A DNA stretch of 64,000 nt from positions 320,001 through 384,000 of the forward strand of contig CAXXGJ010000038.1 in NCBI GenBank assembly GCA_963677895.2, written 5' to 3'. Every line of letters begins with the position of its first letter. The stretch's first letter is position 1. This document shows positions 9,618 to 19,791 of this stretch, piece after piece. Made by a program: the position numbers and the translations under genes. This DNA is from Treponemataceae bacterium (GTDB taxonomy: Bacteria; Spirochaetota; Spirochaetia; Treponematales; Rectinemataceae). The notes below the pieces were generated by a model that did no database searches, was not told the origin of the DNA, and saw nothing but the letters and a program-made list of their open reading frames with translations.

Positions 9618-11807
9618 TCAGCGTCTGCGGGACGAATCCCTCCGGTCGTCAAACCTGCGAGGCTCCCTGGGACCGCGGTCGTCTCTCGGCGGCCTGTCGT
9701 CGCGGCTCTGGGGCGGCAGCTGTCCGTTCTCGTCGAGGGCTTCGAGCATGGCGAGGTTGAGTCTTCCCATGTGATCGATTTCCATGAGCTTGACCTTTAC
9801 CGCGTCGCCTTCCTTGACCACATCGGTTACGCGTTCCACTCGGCCCTTGGCGAGTTTCGATATATGGCAGAGTCCTTCCTTGCCCGGCATGATCTCGATG
9901 AAGGCGCCGAATTCCATGACTCGCTTGACGGTGCCGTCGTAGATCTTCCCGATCTCCGGTTCCTCGACCATGCTCAGAACGGCGTCGCGCGCGTCATAGG
10001 CGGCTTTCTGGTTCTTGCCGTAGATGGTGACGGTGCCTTCCTCGTCGATATTGATCTGAACGTCGTACTTCTCGGACATTCCCTTGATGTTCTTGCCGCC
10101 CGGCCCGATGATGGCGCCGATCTTCTCCTGGTCCACCTTTACGCTGACGACCTTGGGAGCGTATGCGGAGATGTCTTCCGAGGGCACGGAGAGCGTCTTC
10201 TCCATGATGCCGAGAATGTGCATTCTACCGCGCTTCGCCTGGGCGAGGGCCTTGGTGAGGATTTCGGTGCTGACCGAGGAAATCTTGATGTCCATCTGGA
10301 AGGCGGTGATGCCGTCCTTCGTTCCGGCTACCTTGAAGTCCATGTCGCCGAGATGGTCCTCGTCGCCGAGGATGTCGGTGAGCACCGCGAAGCGGGTCTC
10401 GTCGGTGATGAGTCCCATGGCGATGCCCGCCACGGGTTTGCGCATCGGAACGCCGGCGCTCATCAGGGAGAGGGAGGAACCGCAGACGGTCGCCATGGAG
10501 GAGGAACCGTTGGATTCCAGGACCTCGGAGACGACGCGGATGGTGTACGGGAACTTGTCTTTGGGCGGGAGCATGACTTCGATGGCGCGGCGCGCGAGGC
10601 TGCCGTGGCCGATTTCGCGTCTTCCCGTTCCCAGACGTCCGGTTTCGCCGACCGAGAAGGGGGGGAAGTTATAGTGCAGCATGAAGCGGTCGCGACGATC
10701 GCCTTCGATGTCGTCCAGGATCTGCTCGTCGAGGATGGTTCCGAGCGTGGTGACGGCGAGGGCCTGGGTTTCGCCGCGCGTGAAGAGGGCCGAACCGTGG
10801 GTCCTCGGGAGAACGTTGATTTCGCAGGTGATCGGTCGCACGTCCTCGAGACCGCGGCCATCGACGCGCAGTCCCTTGTCGAGGATGCCGTTCCTGAGAA
10901 TATGGTACTGGAGGTCCTCCATGAGGGCGGAGAAGAGCTTCTGCTGCACCTCGCTGTCGAGGACTTCGGCGAAGGCTTCCTGGGTCTGCTTGATGGCGGC
11001 GCGCACGGCCAGGTAGCGCTCCTGCTTCACTTTCACGAAGAGAGCGGCGGAGAGAAGCGGCGCCGCGAAAGCGCGGATTTCTTCTTCCTTGTTCAGGGTG
11101 ACCTTGAGGGGCGCGAGGGGGAGCTTATCCTTGCCGGCGAGACCGCGAAGTTCCACGATCATGGCGCAGATCTTGGCGATAGGCTCCTTGGCGCACTCGA
11201 TGGCCCCGATCATCTCCTCTTCGGAGACTTCGTGGGAGCCGCCCTCGACCATGGTGATGCCCGCCGCGGTACCCGAAACGGTGATCTCGAGTTTGGCTGT
11301 CTCGCACTGCTCGAAGGTGGGGTTGACGACGTACTTGTCATCGACAAGAGCCACGCGGACGGCCGCGATGGGACCGGCGAAGGGAATGTCGGAGATATGG
11401 ACGGCCGCGCTGGCCGCGTTGACCGCCACGATGTCCGGAGGATTGACGTTGTCCGTCGAAAGGCAGGTCGGAACGACCTGGATTTCCCTGCCGAAGGCCT
11501 TGTCGAAGAGCGGGCGCATGGGCCTGTCGATGATTCGCGATACGAGGATTTCCTTGTCCTTGGGACGGGATTCCCTCTTGATGAATCCGCCGGGAATCTT
11601 GCCGGCGGCATAGTATTTTTCGTTGTACTCGACGGTGAGGGGAACGAAATCCAGGCCTTCCGTCACTTTTTCGGAGCAGCAGGCGGTCGCGAGGACGGCG
11701 GAACCGCCGTAAGTCGCGAATACCGCGCCGCCAGCCTGTTTCGCCATGCGGCCGGTCTCCAGGACCAGGGTTTCGTTGCCGATCTGGCAACTTACTGAAT
11801 GTACCAT
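9618..11807 (-). CDS. pnp: Polyribonucleotide nucleotidyltransferase
   Basis: DFVPLTVEY, GKIPGGF, RREIGHG, SNGSSSMA, GDMDFKVAG motifs; KH and S1 domains. Confidence 0.98.
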   Translation of the reverse strand: MVHSVSCQIGNETLVLETGRMAKQAGGAVFATYGGSAVLATACCSEKVTEGLDFVPLTVEYNEKYYAAGKIPGGFIKRESRPKDKEILVSRIIDRPMRPLFDKAFGREIQVVPTCLSTDNVNPPDIVAVNAASAAVHISDIPFAGPIAAVRVALVDDKYVVNPTFEQCETAKLEITVSGTAAGITMVEGGSHEVSEEEMIGAIECAKEPIAKICAMIVELRGLAGKDKLPLAPLKVTLNKEEEIRAFAAPLLSAALFVKVKQERYLAVRAAIKQTQEAFAEVLDSEVQQKLFSALMEDLQYHILRNGILDKGLRVDGRGLEDVRPITCEINVLPRTHGSALFTRGETQALAVTTLGTILDEQILDDIEGDRRDRFMLHYNFPPFSVGETGRLGTGRREIGHGSLARRAIEVMLPPKDKFPYTIRVVSEVLESNGSSSMATVCGSSLSLMSAGVPMRKPVAGIAMGLITDETRFAVLTDILGDEDHLGDMDFKVAGTKDGITAFQMDIKISSVSTEILTKALAQAKRGRMHILGIMEKTLSVPSEDISAYAPKVVSVKVDQEKIGAIIGPGGKNIKGMSEKYDVQINIDEEGTVTIYGKNQKAAYDARDAVLSMVEEPEIGKIYDGTVKRVMEFGAFIEIMPGKEGLCHISKLAKGRVERVTDVVKEGDAVKVKLMEIDHMGRLNLAMLEALDENGQLPPQSRDDRPPRDDRGPREPRRFDDRRDSSRRR

Positions 11808-11838
11808 TTTTCTTCCTTTTTACGGCCTAGACCGCAGA

Positions 11839-11906
11839 TTCCGGGCAACCCCGGAACAACAGGAAAAGGCCCGTGCGCAAAGACTGCGGCCGGGCCTGAT
11901 TTCCTG
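11839..11906 (-). promoter_or_regulatory. Two hairpins in the rpsO-pnp spacer (terminator or RNase III-type processing element)
   Basis: CAGGAAA/AGGCCCG/CGCA pair with TGCG/CGGGCCT/TTTCCTG (11860-11906); TTCCGGG-CAAC-CCCGGAA (11839-11856). Confidence 0.55.
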
Positions 11907-11920
11907 GAACTCATCCACAA

Positions 11921-12190
11921 TCACTTCCTGATCTGAAGCTTCTCGACGAGCGCTCTGTAACCTTCGAGGTTGGTCCTCTGAAGATATTTGAGCAGCTTGC
12001 GTCTCTGACCGACAACTTTCAGCAGGCCGCGCCTGGAGTTTGTATCCTTTTTATGAGTCTTGAAATGATCGGTGAGGTCGGTGATCCTTTTGGTGAGCAG
12101 GGCTACCTGCGTCTCGATCGATCCGGTATTCTTCTCGTTGGTGCCGTACTCGAGTACGACCTGGGCCTTGTCCTCTTTGGTCAATGCCAT
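11921..12190 (-). CDS. rpsO: 30S ribosomal protein S15
   Basis: 89 aa; TGS.E.QVALLT, HKKD..SRRGL motifs. AAGGAG RBS. Confidence 0.98.
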   Translation of the reverse strand: MALTKEDKAQVVLEYGTNEKNTGSIETQVALLTKRITDLTDHFKTHKKDTNSRRGLLKVVGQRRKLLKYLQRTNLEGYRALVEKLQIRK

Positions 12191-12203
12191 CTTCTATTTC
12201 TCC

Positions 12204-12989
12204 TTACCACTCTTGTGATACCAAGTTTATTATCGCGGCGCGTTTCACGTCGCGTTGTTCAAAAGTTCCCGTGATGATCTCCCCATTCTCGATACGGGCT
12301 GAAATCATCGTATTCCCCGTATCCGGATCGATGATGATCCTGTAGACCCCGGCGGGCGGAAGCACCGCGTCTTCCACCGGCTTTAAAACGAAACCGCCGG
12401 AAACGCGTGTATCCACCGTCTCAATATCGACGATATGAGGCCTTCCCAGCATATCGGCGGCCTCGCCCAGCCTTCCTTCCAGAATCGCGTTCCTTATCCT
12501 GCTCGAGCTCACCGGATGTCCGCCGTACATGACCGGCTCGGCTATCCGCGCTTCCATTCCCAGCGTCCCGCAGATTTCAGCGAGGGCCTGCGCGTTCGTA
12601 TCCATCTTGTAGCCGCATCTGAAATTCGGACCTACACAGACGAATTTAACCCCCGCATTCGCAAGCAGCGAAAGGAATTCCGCGCCTGAAAGTGTACCGA
12701 AATTCTGGGAAAAGTCAATCAGTACGCAGAGATCGAAACTCGCCCGGGCGAAAGCGTCGGTCTTCTGCCTGAGGCTGAAGATGCTTCCCCTGAAAGACTG
12801 AGGATGGAGTATCTTCTTGGGATTGTTGGCGAAGGTGATGACCGCGCTTTTCATGGCCGGTTTCTTGGCCAGAACGGCATCCAGCAGCCTTTGATGTCCC
12901 CGATGGACGCCATCGAATACGCCTATGGTCACGGAAAGCGGTTCATGGCCTTTAAAGGCGACGAACTCTGACCAGGTCAGGATTTTCAT
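12204..12989 (-). CDS. ribF: FAD synthetase (RibF-like) with a shortened C-terminal kinase-like domain
   Basis: IGVFDGVHRGH and VSSSRIR adenylyltransferase motifs; no PTAN kinase motif; 261 aa; conserved position after truB. Confidence 0.8.
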   Translation of the reverse strand: MKILTWSEFVAFKGHEPLSVTIGVFDGVHRGHQRLLDAVLAKKPAMKSAVITFANNPKKILHPQSFRGSIFSLRQKTDAFARASFDLCVLIDFSQNFGTLSGAEFLSLLANAGVKFVCVGPNFRCGYKMDTNAQALAEICGTLGMEARIAEPVMYGGHPVSSSRIRNAILEGRLGEAADMLGRPHIVDIETVDTRVSGGFVLKPVEDAVLPPAGVYRIIIDPDTGNTMISARIENGEIITGTFEQRDVKRAAIINLVSQEW

Positions 12990-13876
12990 CGGGCGCCCGC
13001 CCCCTTCGGCATGACGAATTTATAGGCGAGAAGGCCCGAACGACGCTCCACGACGCCCAGGAATCTCCCATCGCCGGAGAATGCCGCCAGATCGCCGTCG
13101 CGCGAAAGGCCGGCCCCGAGTTCCACAAGGAGGGCAGGAAGGCCGTTCGTGAAGGCGGCTTCCACTTCCCTGGCGATGCTGATGGTTCCCAGCCCGAGGA
13201 TTCCGGCCGTCTCGGGGGTGAAGCCATGGAGCGTCTGGACGCTGGCCTCTTCGGGCGATTGAATGGCGTCCCTTACCGAAAAGGCCCCGACCTTCGTCCT
13301 TCTCAGCGCGCCGACATGGGCGCAGGTGCCGCAGGCCGCGGCTATGTCCCTCGCGAGGGAGCGGATATAGGTACCGGATGAACAATGAACTTTCACTGAC
13401 GCTTTGCCGTCTTTATAATCGACAAGATCCAGGGAGTGGATGGTGATCGGCCTTGCCTGAAGCTTTACGGCCTCGCCTTTCCGCGCCATGTCCGACGCCC
13501 TCTTCCCTTCAACATGTATGGCGGAGTATTCAGGGGGGATCTGCTCTATAAGGCCCCTGAATGAGCCAAGGGAGGCTTCCAGGGCGGCAAGGGAAGGAAT
13601 CTCTCCCGTGGCGGTTACGGCGCCGCCTGGATCGAGCGTGTCGGTTCCCAGGCCAAACCTAATTTCGGCTTCATACTCTTTGTCGAGCCCCGTGAACCAG
13701 GGCGTGAGGTGGCTGTAGCTTCCCACCACCACGACAAGCAGTCCCGTGGCGAAGTTGTCGAGCGTACCCGTATGGCCCACGCGGGCCCCGGGAAAAATTT
13801 TCCTGAATCCGCCAAGCGCGGCGAAGGATGTCCTGCCCGCTGGCTTGTCGAAGAGAAGGAAGCCGGATGCTGTCAT
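12986..13876 (-). CDS. truB: tRNA pseudouridine(55) synthase TruB
   Basis: DKP.G.TS, GHTGTLD, PP.YSA and CSSGTYIRSLARD motifs. Confidence 0.96.
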   Translation of the reverse strand: MTASGFLLFDKPAGRTSFAALGGFRKIFPGARVGHTGTLDNFATGLLVVVVGSYSHLTPWFTGLDKEYEAEIRFGLGTDTLDPGGAVTATGEIPSLAALEASLGSFRGLIEQIPPEYSAIHVEGKRASDMARKGEAVKLQARPITIHSLDLVDYKDGKASVKVHCSSGTYIRSLARDIAAACGTCAHVGALRRTKVGAFSVRDAIQSPEEASVQTLHGFTPETAGILGLGTISIAREVEAAFTNGLPALLVELGAGLSRDGDLAAFSGDGRFLGVVERRSGLLAYKFVMPKGAGAR

Positions 13877-14226
13877 TCCTTGAGGAGACCCTTTATCTTT
13901 TCGGTCATCTCGAAGCCTTCCCGGATGCCCAGGTCAGCCACGAAATGAAGGACGGGAGTGAGACGGAGTCTCACTCTTCGCGCTATCTGGGACTGTATGA
14001 AACCTGCCGCGCTGGTGAGTCCATCCACGGCGGCGTAAAGTTCCTTGTCGTCTTCCGTGATGCAGCTCACCCAGACTTTCGCGGTGGAGCCGTCTCTGTT
14101 GGCTTCCACGCGAGTGATGGAGACCAGGGACCCGACGCGTGGATCCCTGATTTCGCCCGATGCGATGAGCGCCGCGATTTCTTCGCGCAGAAGCTCTTCG
14201 AGCCGCCTAAGCCTTATCTGATCCAT
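13873..14226 (-). CDS. rbfA: Ribosome-binding factor A
   Basis: IRDPRV, SITRVE and LRLTPVLHF motifs; located between infB and truB; start at MDQIR (14226). Confidence 0.93.
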   Translation of the reverse strand: MDQIRLRRLEELLREEIAALIASGEIRDPRVGSLVSITRVEANRDGSTAKVWVSCITEDDKELYAAVDGLTSAAGFIQSQIARRVRLRLTPVLHFVADLGIREGFEMTEKIKGLLKE

Positions 14227-17200
14227 TGCCTTCAGCTTTCCCAAGGGTACGCGCCACTTCGATCGTTTCGTAGATCTCGAGCATGTCGCCTTCCTTGAGG
14301 TCGTTGCAGTTTTCGATTCCAATACCGCACTCGTAGCCGGCGACCACTTCCTTGGCGTCGTCCTTGAACCTTCTGAGCGAATTGATCTTGCCCTGGAAAA
14401 TTTCGATGGCGTCGCGGATGACGCGAACCTGGCTGTTCCTGTGCACGGCGCCTTCGAGCATGTAACAACCGGCGATGATGCCGATCTTCGGGACCTTGAA
14501 TATGTTCCGCACTTCGGCCTTGCCGATTTCCTGTTCCTTGAGCTCGGGAGACAGCATGCCTTCCATGGCCTTGAGGATATCCTCCTGGGCCCTGTAGATG
14601 ATGTTGTACTTCCTGATGTCGACCTTTTCCCTGTCGGCGAGCAGCTTGGCCGAGGCGATCGGCCGTACGTTGAAGCCTATGATGATGGCGTCCGAGGCGG
14701 AAGCCATCATGACGTCGTCGTCCGATATGGCGCCGGCGGCCGCGCGCAGGACATTCAGGCGCACTTCCTTGGTGGAAAGTTTCTCCAGCATGCCTTTGAG
14801 CGCCTCGACGGAGCCCTGGACGTCGCCCTTTATGATCACCTTGAGTTCCTGCACCTCTCCGGCCGAAATCGTCTCGTAGAGGTTGTCCAGGGTGACTTTC
14901 TTGACGTTCTTCCCTTCTTCGTACTTCTTGAGTTCCTGGCGCTTGTCGGAGATGGCGCGGGCGTATTTTTCCTCTTCGACAACCTCGAAGGGATCGCCGG
15001 CGTTGGGTATGCCTTCGAAACCCAGGACCTCGACCGGCGTGGAGGGCGTCGCTTCTTCGACACGGTTGCCCTTGTCGTCGAACATGGCCCTTACCCTTCC
15101 GGGGTAAATGCCCGCCACGAAGGAATCGCCGATGCGCAGAGTTCCCGTGGCCACGATGATGGTGGCGACGATGCCTCTGCCCTGATCGATGCGCGATTCG
15201 ACTATCTTGGCTTCCGCGAGGCGCTTGTAGCTGGCCTGCAGTTCGAGTATTTCGGCTTGCAGCAGTATGGCGTCGAGCAGTTCGGGAATACCCTTTTTCT
15301 GAAGGGCTGAAATCTCGCAGAACTGTGTCGTGCCGCCCCACTGCTCGGGAATCAGCCCCATCTCGGAAAGCTGAGTCTTGACCCTGTCCGGATTGGATTC
15401 GGGCAGGTCGATCTTGTTGATGGCCACGATGATGGGAACCTTGGCGGCCTTGGCGTGATCGAGCGCTTCCTTCGTCTGGGGCATGACGCCTTCGACGGCC
15501 GAAACCACAAGGATGACGATATCGGTTATCTGGGCGCCACGGGCGCGCATCTTCGTGAACGCGGCGTGTCCCGGCGTATCCAGGAAGGTGATCTTGTTGC
15601 CTTTGGCCGTAACCACCTGGTAAGCGCCGATATGCTGGGTTATCCCGCCGTATTCGTGGGCTACCACATCGGTCTTCCGGATGGCGTCGAGCAGTTTCGT
15701 CTTTCCATGGTCGACATGGCCCATGACGGTGACGATGGGAGGACGGGCGCGGAGGTCGTCGGGATTCTCGGCTTCCTTTTCGATGACCGTCTCGTCGTAG
15801 AGGCTGACGATCTTGACCTCGCAGTTGTATTCGCTGGCGAGGATCGTCGCCGTTTCGGCGTCGATTTTCTGGTTGATCGTAGCCATGACGCCGAGCGCCA
15901 TGAGCTTGCCGATGAGCTCGGCCGGCTTTATGTTCATTTTCTTCGCCAGATCGCTGACGGAGATGTTTTCCATGATGTCGATGGACTTGGGAATGGCGAT
16001 GGCGCGAGCCTCGGCCTTTTTCTTGAGCTGAAGCTCCTTCTCTAGTTCCACATCCTCGCGACGGACGAAGCCCGGTTTTCTTCTCGGAGCCGGCTTGCGC
16101 TGGGCCGTCTTGCTGCTTTCGAGGGGAGAAGGACCATTGGCAGGACCTCGGGCGCCGCCATAGCCGCCGCCTCTCGGTCCGCCCGACATATTGCCGCCCC
16201 TGCCCGCCGGTCTGCCCTGCGCGGGATAGCCGGGACGGTAGCCGCCGGGAGCGCCGGGGCCGCCTGGGCCCTGAGGACGGGGACCGCGCGGGTATCCGCC
16301 CGGAGCCGAGGAAGGATACTGAGGCCTTGCCCCGGGAAAGCTTCCCGGCGGGCCCTGGTAGCCACCAGATCCCTGATATCCTCCAGATCCTTGGTATCCT
16401 CCGGAACCCTGATAGGGTCTCTGCCCCTGATAGCCGCCGCCTGTGCCTTGATAGCCGCCGCCAGTTCCCTGGTATCCTCCAGAACCCTGGTAGCCGCCTG
16501 AACCTTGGTAGCCCTGCGGTCTGGGTCTGTTGGGATCGTAAGGCTGGGATGAATTCCCTCTATAACCGCCCTGGTAGCCGCCCGAACTCTGGCCGCCGCC
16601 CTGGCCCTGATAGCCGCCGCCGGTACCTTGGTAGCCGCCCGAGCCTTGGTAGCCCTGAGGCCTCGGCCTGTTGGGGTCGTAGGGCTGAGAGGAATTCCCT
16701 CTGTAACCGCCCTGGTAGCCGCCCGAACTCTGGCCGCCCTGGCCCTGGTAGCCGCCGGAACCTTGGTATCCGCTTGAGCCTGAGGGTCCCTGATATCCGC
16801 CGCTTCTGCCCTGGTAACCGGAAGGTCTGGGCGCATCGCCCGGAGCGCGGTTGGCGGGGTAGCCGCCGACGGTTCCGGCAGTCCCGTGAGGTCTTGCCGG
16901 ATTGCTTTGATAGCTTCCGCGATAGCCGCTCGGGGACGAGCCAGGCTGCGGAGGGGTTTGATTGCTTGATGACGCGGGTCTGACCGGCTGAGCTGGCCTT
17001 GCGGGGGATTCGCGGCGTATCGGCTGACCGACAGGCTGAGACGCAGAGGCATCAGCCGGCCTGCTCGCCGCCGACGCCGCGGGCGCGCCGTGAGCGGAAG
17101 GTGAGGATTGCGCGTTATCCGTTGCTGCCGCGGAAGAAACCGACGCCGCGGGCAACGCGGTCGAAAGCGCTTCGCCTGAGGCGGCGAGAACGGATGCGGG

Positions 17201-17620
17201 AGCTTTTTTCTGGTCCGCGTCCGAACCTTCATCGCGCGAAAGCCCGACTTCAGGTTGCGCCATACCAGGAGAAGCGGCAGGACTTGATGCCTGCTCGGCC
17301 GTATGGTGAACGCGGGTCGACAACTTCTCAGAGGGCTGTGCGTCAGTCTTTTCATGCTGGACCTGAACAGTTTGGACCTGAGGGACGTCAGCAGGCTGCT
17401 CTCCGCCTTCAAGATCGTGATGGGCAACGACTTTCGCCTGCACCTTCTTCAGCACGATCTTTTTCTTCACCACAACAACCTTCTTCCTCTCGGCCAGGGC
17501 TTCTTCTTCGGGCTTTTCGTGCGAAACAGGAACCTGCATCGCGGGCGCCTCGCCTTGGGCCGGTTTCGGCTGTTTGATGAGATGGACTTTCTTCTGAGAG
17601 TTCTCGGTATTATCCGTCAT
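14207..17620 (-). CDS. infB: Translation initiation factor IF-2 with a very long low-complexity N-terminus
   Basis: [37 protein letters not shown] and SLRRFKDD motifs. Confidence 0.98.
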   Translation of the reverse strand: MTDNTENSQKKVHLIKQPKPAQGEAPAMQVPVSHEKPEEEALAERKKVVVVKKKIVLKKVQAKVVAHHDLEGGEQPADVPQVQTVQVQHEKTDAQPSEKLSTRVHHTAEQASSPAASPGMAQPEVGLSRDEGSDADQKKAPASVLAASGEALSTALPAASVSSAAATDNAQSSPSAHGAPAASAASRPADASASQPVGQPIRRESPARPAQPVRPASSSNQTPPQPGSSPSGYRGSYQSNPARPHGTAGTVGGYPANRAPGDAPRPSGYQGRSGGYQGPSGSSGYQGSGGYQGQGGQSSGGYQGGYRGNSSQPYDPNRPRPQGYQGSGGYQGTGGGYQGQGGGQSSGGYQGGYRGNSSQPYDPNRPRPQGYQGSGGYQGSGGYQGTGGGYQGTGGGYQGQRPYQGSGGYQGSGGYQGSGGYQGPPGSFPGARPQYPSSAPGGYPRGPRPQGPGGPGAPGGYRPGYPAQGRPAGRGGNMSGGPRGGGYGGARGPANGPSPLESSKTAQRKPAPRRKPGFVRREDVELEKELQLKKKAEARAIAIPKSIDIMENISVSDLAKKMNIKPAELIGKLMALGVMATINQKIDAETATILASEYNCEVKIVSLYDETVIEKEAENPDDLRARPPIVTVMGHVDHGKTKLLDAIRKTDVVAHEYGGITQHIGAYQVVTAKGNKITFLDTPGHAAFTKMRARGAQITDIVILVVSAVEGVMPQTKEALDHAKAAKVPIIVAINKIDLPESNPDRVKTQLSEMGLIPEQWGGTTQFCEISALQKKGIPELLDAILLQAEILELQASYKRLAEAKIVESRIDQGRGIVATIIVATGTLRIGDSFVAGIYPGRVRAMFDDKGNRVEEATPSTPVEVLGFEGIPNAGDPFEVVEEEKYARAISDKRQELKKYEEGKNVKKVTLDNLYETISAGEVQELKVIIKGDVQGSVEALKGMLEKLSTKEVRLNVLRAAAGAISDDDVMMASASDAIIIGFNVRPIASAKLLADREKVDIRKYNIIYRAQEDILKAMEGMLSPELKEQEIGKAEVRNIFKVPKIGIIAGCYMLEGAVHRNSQVRVIRDAIEIFQGKINSLRRFKDDAKEVVAGYECGIGIENCNDLKEGDMLEIYETIEVARTLGKAEGNGSDKA
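16350..16825 (-). repeat. In-frame GYQG repeat tract in infB, including a 141-bp (47-codon) duplication
   Basis: 17 GYQG units; two copies of [33 protein letters not shown] (gaattccctc at 16551 and 16692). Confidence 0.9.
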
Positions 17621-17630
17621 ATCCTACCTT

Positions 17631-19094
17631 TTACGCTTGCTGGTCGTCGCTATTATATTCAAAACTCAGTTCAACACCGCACGATGGGCAATTCTTCATG
17701 TCGGGAGTGACTGCCGTGCCGCAATCCGGGCAGGTATATTCCTCGGATGCCGTTTCGGCGGAATCCTCGGTCTCTTCCTGGACGATCTCGATATTTTCCT
17801 CGATGATGCCTTGGACCATCTGGATTTCCTCGGTGGACAGACCGGATGCTCTGGCGAGCTCCTCGTCGTCCTTTTCGAGGAAGTCCTCGACGAGGCTCAC
17901 TCCGGCGGCGTCCAAAGCCGAAAGCCACTCGGGCTTCATGCCCGGCAGGTCGGACAGGAGAACGGATTCTTCCGCTTCCTCTTCGATCTGTTCATTGGCG
18001 TCGGAGAAAAGACTGTCGGCCGCGCGCTTGAGCTCGATGTTCCTGCCGTCCTGCAGATACTGCTCCTCGGTCTTCACATCGATATTCCAGTCGCAGAGGC
18101 GATTGGCGAGCTTCACGTTCTGCCCCATCTTGCCGATCGCTATCGAGAGTTCCTTGTCGGCCACTATGGCCAGCGCCGTATGCTTGGCTTCATCCATGAT
18201 ATGGACGGTCTTCACTTCCGCGGGCGACAGGGCGTTCTTGATGAACTGGCGGGAATCGACATCGTACTTGACGAAGTCGATCTTCTCCCCTTCGAGTTCC
18301 TGACTGATGAGCTGGCTGCGCATTCCCTTGGGGCCGACGCAGGCTCCAACGGGATCCACATCGTCCCTCTTGGAGAATACGGCTACCTTGGTCCTGTAGC
18401 CGGGCTCGCGGACTATTTTGAAAATCTCTATCGTCTTGTCGTAGATTTCCGGTATTTCCAGCTCGAGAAGCTTGGTCACGAACTCGGCATGGCTCCTGGA
18501 AAGTATGATCTGCAGACCGTTCTTTCCCTTGTCCACCTCATAGATGAGGGCTTTGATGCGATCGCCGACGTGGTAGGCTTCCCTGGGAGACTGATATTTC
18601 TTGGGGAAAATGCCCTCGACCTTGCCCAGGTCGACATAGATGACATTGTTCCTTTCGCGCTGGAAGTAGCCGATTATCAGCTCGCCCTGCTTCGATTTGT
18701 ATTCGGCGTAGAGCGTGTCGCGCGAAATATCGCGGAAGTTCTGCCTGGTCGTCTGTTTCGCCACCATGACGGACTGGAGATCGAATTCCTGGGGATCGAC
18801 GGGCATTTCGAGAATATCGCCGACCTCGGCGTCCTCGGCGTAGTCATGAGCCTCTTCCAGCGTCATCTGGAGAACTTCGTCCTCCAGGTCGTCGTCGGCC
18901 ACGATGACTTTCTTGGCGTAGATATCCACGCCTTCGTAGTTGTCCCGAAAGCGGATGATGGCGTTTTCGCTCGTTCCGAATTTCTTCTTATATGCCGCGA
19001 GCAGGGCTTCCTGCAGCGTATTGACGATGAGTTCCTCGGAAATGCCCTTCTCGCTGATCAGCTGTCGAATGGCTTCCGCCATGTCAGATGCCAT
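17631..19094 (-). CDS. nusA: Transcription termination/antitermination factor NusA with a C-terminal zinc ribbon
   Basis: REPGYRTKVAV, DPVGACVG and AIGKMGQNVKLA motifs; C-terminal CPDC..CPSC. Confidence 0.97.
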   Translation of the reverse strand: MASDMAEAIRQLISEKGISEELIVNTLQEALLAAYKKKFGTSENAIIRFRDNYEGVDIYAKKVIVADDDLEDEVLQMTLEEAHDYAEDAEVGDILEMPVDPQEFDLQSVMVAKQTTRQNFRDISRDTLYAEYKSKQGELIIGYFQRERNNVIYVDLGKVEGIFPKKYQSPREAYHVGDRIKALIYEVDKGKNGLQIILSRSHAEFVTKLLELEIPEIYDKTIEIFKIVREPGYRTKVAVFSKRDDVDPVGACVGPKGMRSQLISQELEGEKIDFVKYDVDSRQFIKNALSPAEVKTVHIMDEAKHTALAIVADKELSIAIGKMGQNVKLANRLCDWNIDVKTEEQYLQDGRNIELKRAADSLFSDANEQIEEEAEESVLLSDLPGMKPEWLSALDAAGVSLVEDFLEKDDEELARASGLSTEEIQMVQGIIEENIEIVQEETEDSAETASEEYTCPDCGTAVTPDMKNCPSCGVELSFEYNSDDQQA

Positions 19095-19097
19095 TGC

Positions 19098-19547
19098 TTA
19101 CTCTCCCTTATGCGAAGAATCCAAGCGCGCTTTCGCGATGGATGAAATGTCGATGGTGACGGGTTCTCCGGCGACGGAAAAACTGATTTTCCCATCGGAA
19201 TACCCGGTCAGCTCCCCGGTGATCCATTCTTCCCGGCCATGCAGCAGCACTTTGACCGCCTTGCCGACGAAGGCTTTCCACTCCCTCGACGATTTGATGA
19301 TCCTGTCAATGCCTGGGCTCGAAATTTCAATATCGGGAGTTTGCGCGTCGAAAGCGAGCTGAATTTGGGGGAGGATGAGTCTGTGCGCCTTCGCGCATTC
19401 ATCCGTTCCCGTCCCTGAAGGCGAATATACGACCGCCTTAACCTTGATGCCCCCCTTGTGCTTGAAAAGCGAAAAATCAAGGAGATGCAATCCCGCGTTC
19501 CCCAGGATCTCTTCGATCCTTGGTTCCAAATCTTTGTCGTCCGCCAC
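19098..19547 (-). CDS. rimP: Ribosome maturation factor RimP
   Basis: EISSPGIDR motif; first gene before nusA; probable GTG start at 19547. Confidence 0.9.
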   Translation of the reverse strand: MADDKDLEPRIEEILGNAGLHLLDFSLFKHKGGIKVKAVVYSPSGTGTDECAKAHRLILPQIQLAFDAQTPDIEISSPGIDRIIKSSREWKAFVGKAVKVLLHGREEWITGELTGYSDGKISFSVAGEPVTIDISSIAKARLDSSHKGE

Positions 19548-19625
19548 GCCGCCTCGCCTGCATTTGTTCCGGATATTGTCCGGCAACGGATAGATTTGAA
19601 CTCTCAGCATGCTGGAGATCAAACC

Positions 19626-19653
19626 AAAAAAAAAGAGTCGTAGAACGACTCTC
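19626..19653 (-). terminator. Leader terminator/attenuator upstream of rimP (rimP-leader-like)
   Basis: Minus strand AGAGTCGT-TCT-ACGACTCT running into a 9-T tract, located between a promoter and rimP. Confidence 0.8.
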
Positions 19654-19690
19654 CTTATTTCTAAAAAGAATCATGCGCTTTTTACATGCC

Positions 19691-19722
19691 ATTATAGTAG
19701 TATTCTACAATGGGTTAGTCAA
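19691..19722 (-). promoter_or_regulatory. Sigma70-type promoter of the rimP-nusA-infB operon
   Basis: TTGACT (19722-19717), N17, TACTAT (19699-19694) overlapping TATAAT (19696-19691), in an AT-rich patch. Confidence 0.65.
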
Positions 19723-19791
19723 TAGCCGGAAGGATATCGCCAAGGCGGCGGCGACGCTCGCATAAAGCCCGGGAACCCTTCCGGAAAGTCG

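Noticed and set aside
9591..11798. 735-aa plus-strand ORF
   Set aside because: Exact antisense shadow of pnp caused by high-GC codon bias; no recognisable motifs.
16042..17427. 461-aa repetitive alternative-frame ORF (AATRA/AAIRA)
   Set aside because: Off-frame reading of the infB GYQG repeats.
17637..19145. 502-aa plus-strand ORF, and similar ORFs opposite mutS and infB
   Set aside because: Antisense shadows of conserved genes.
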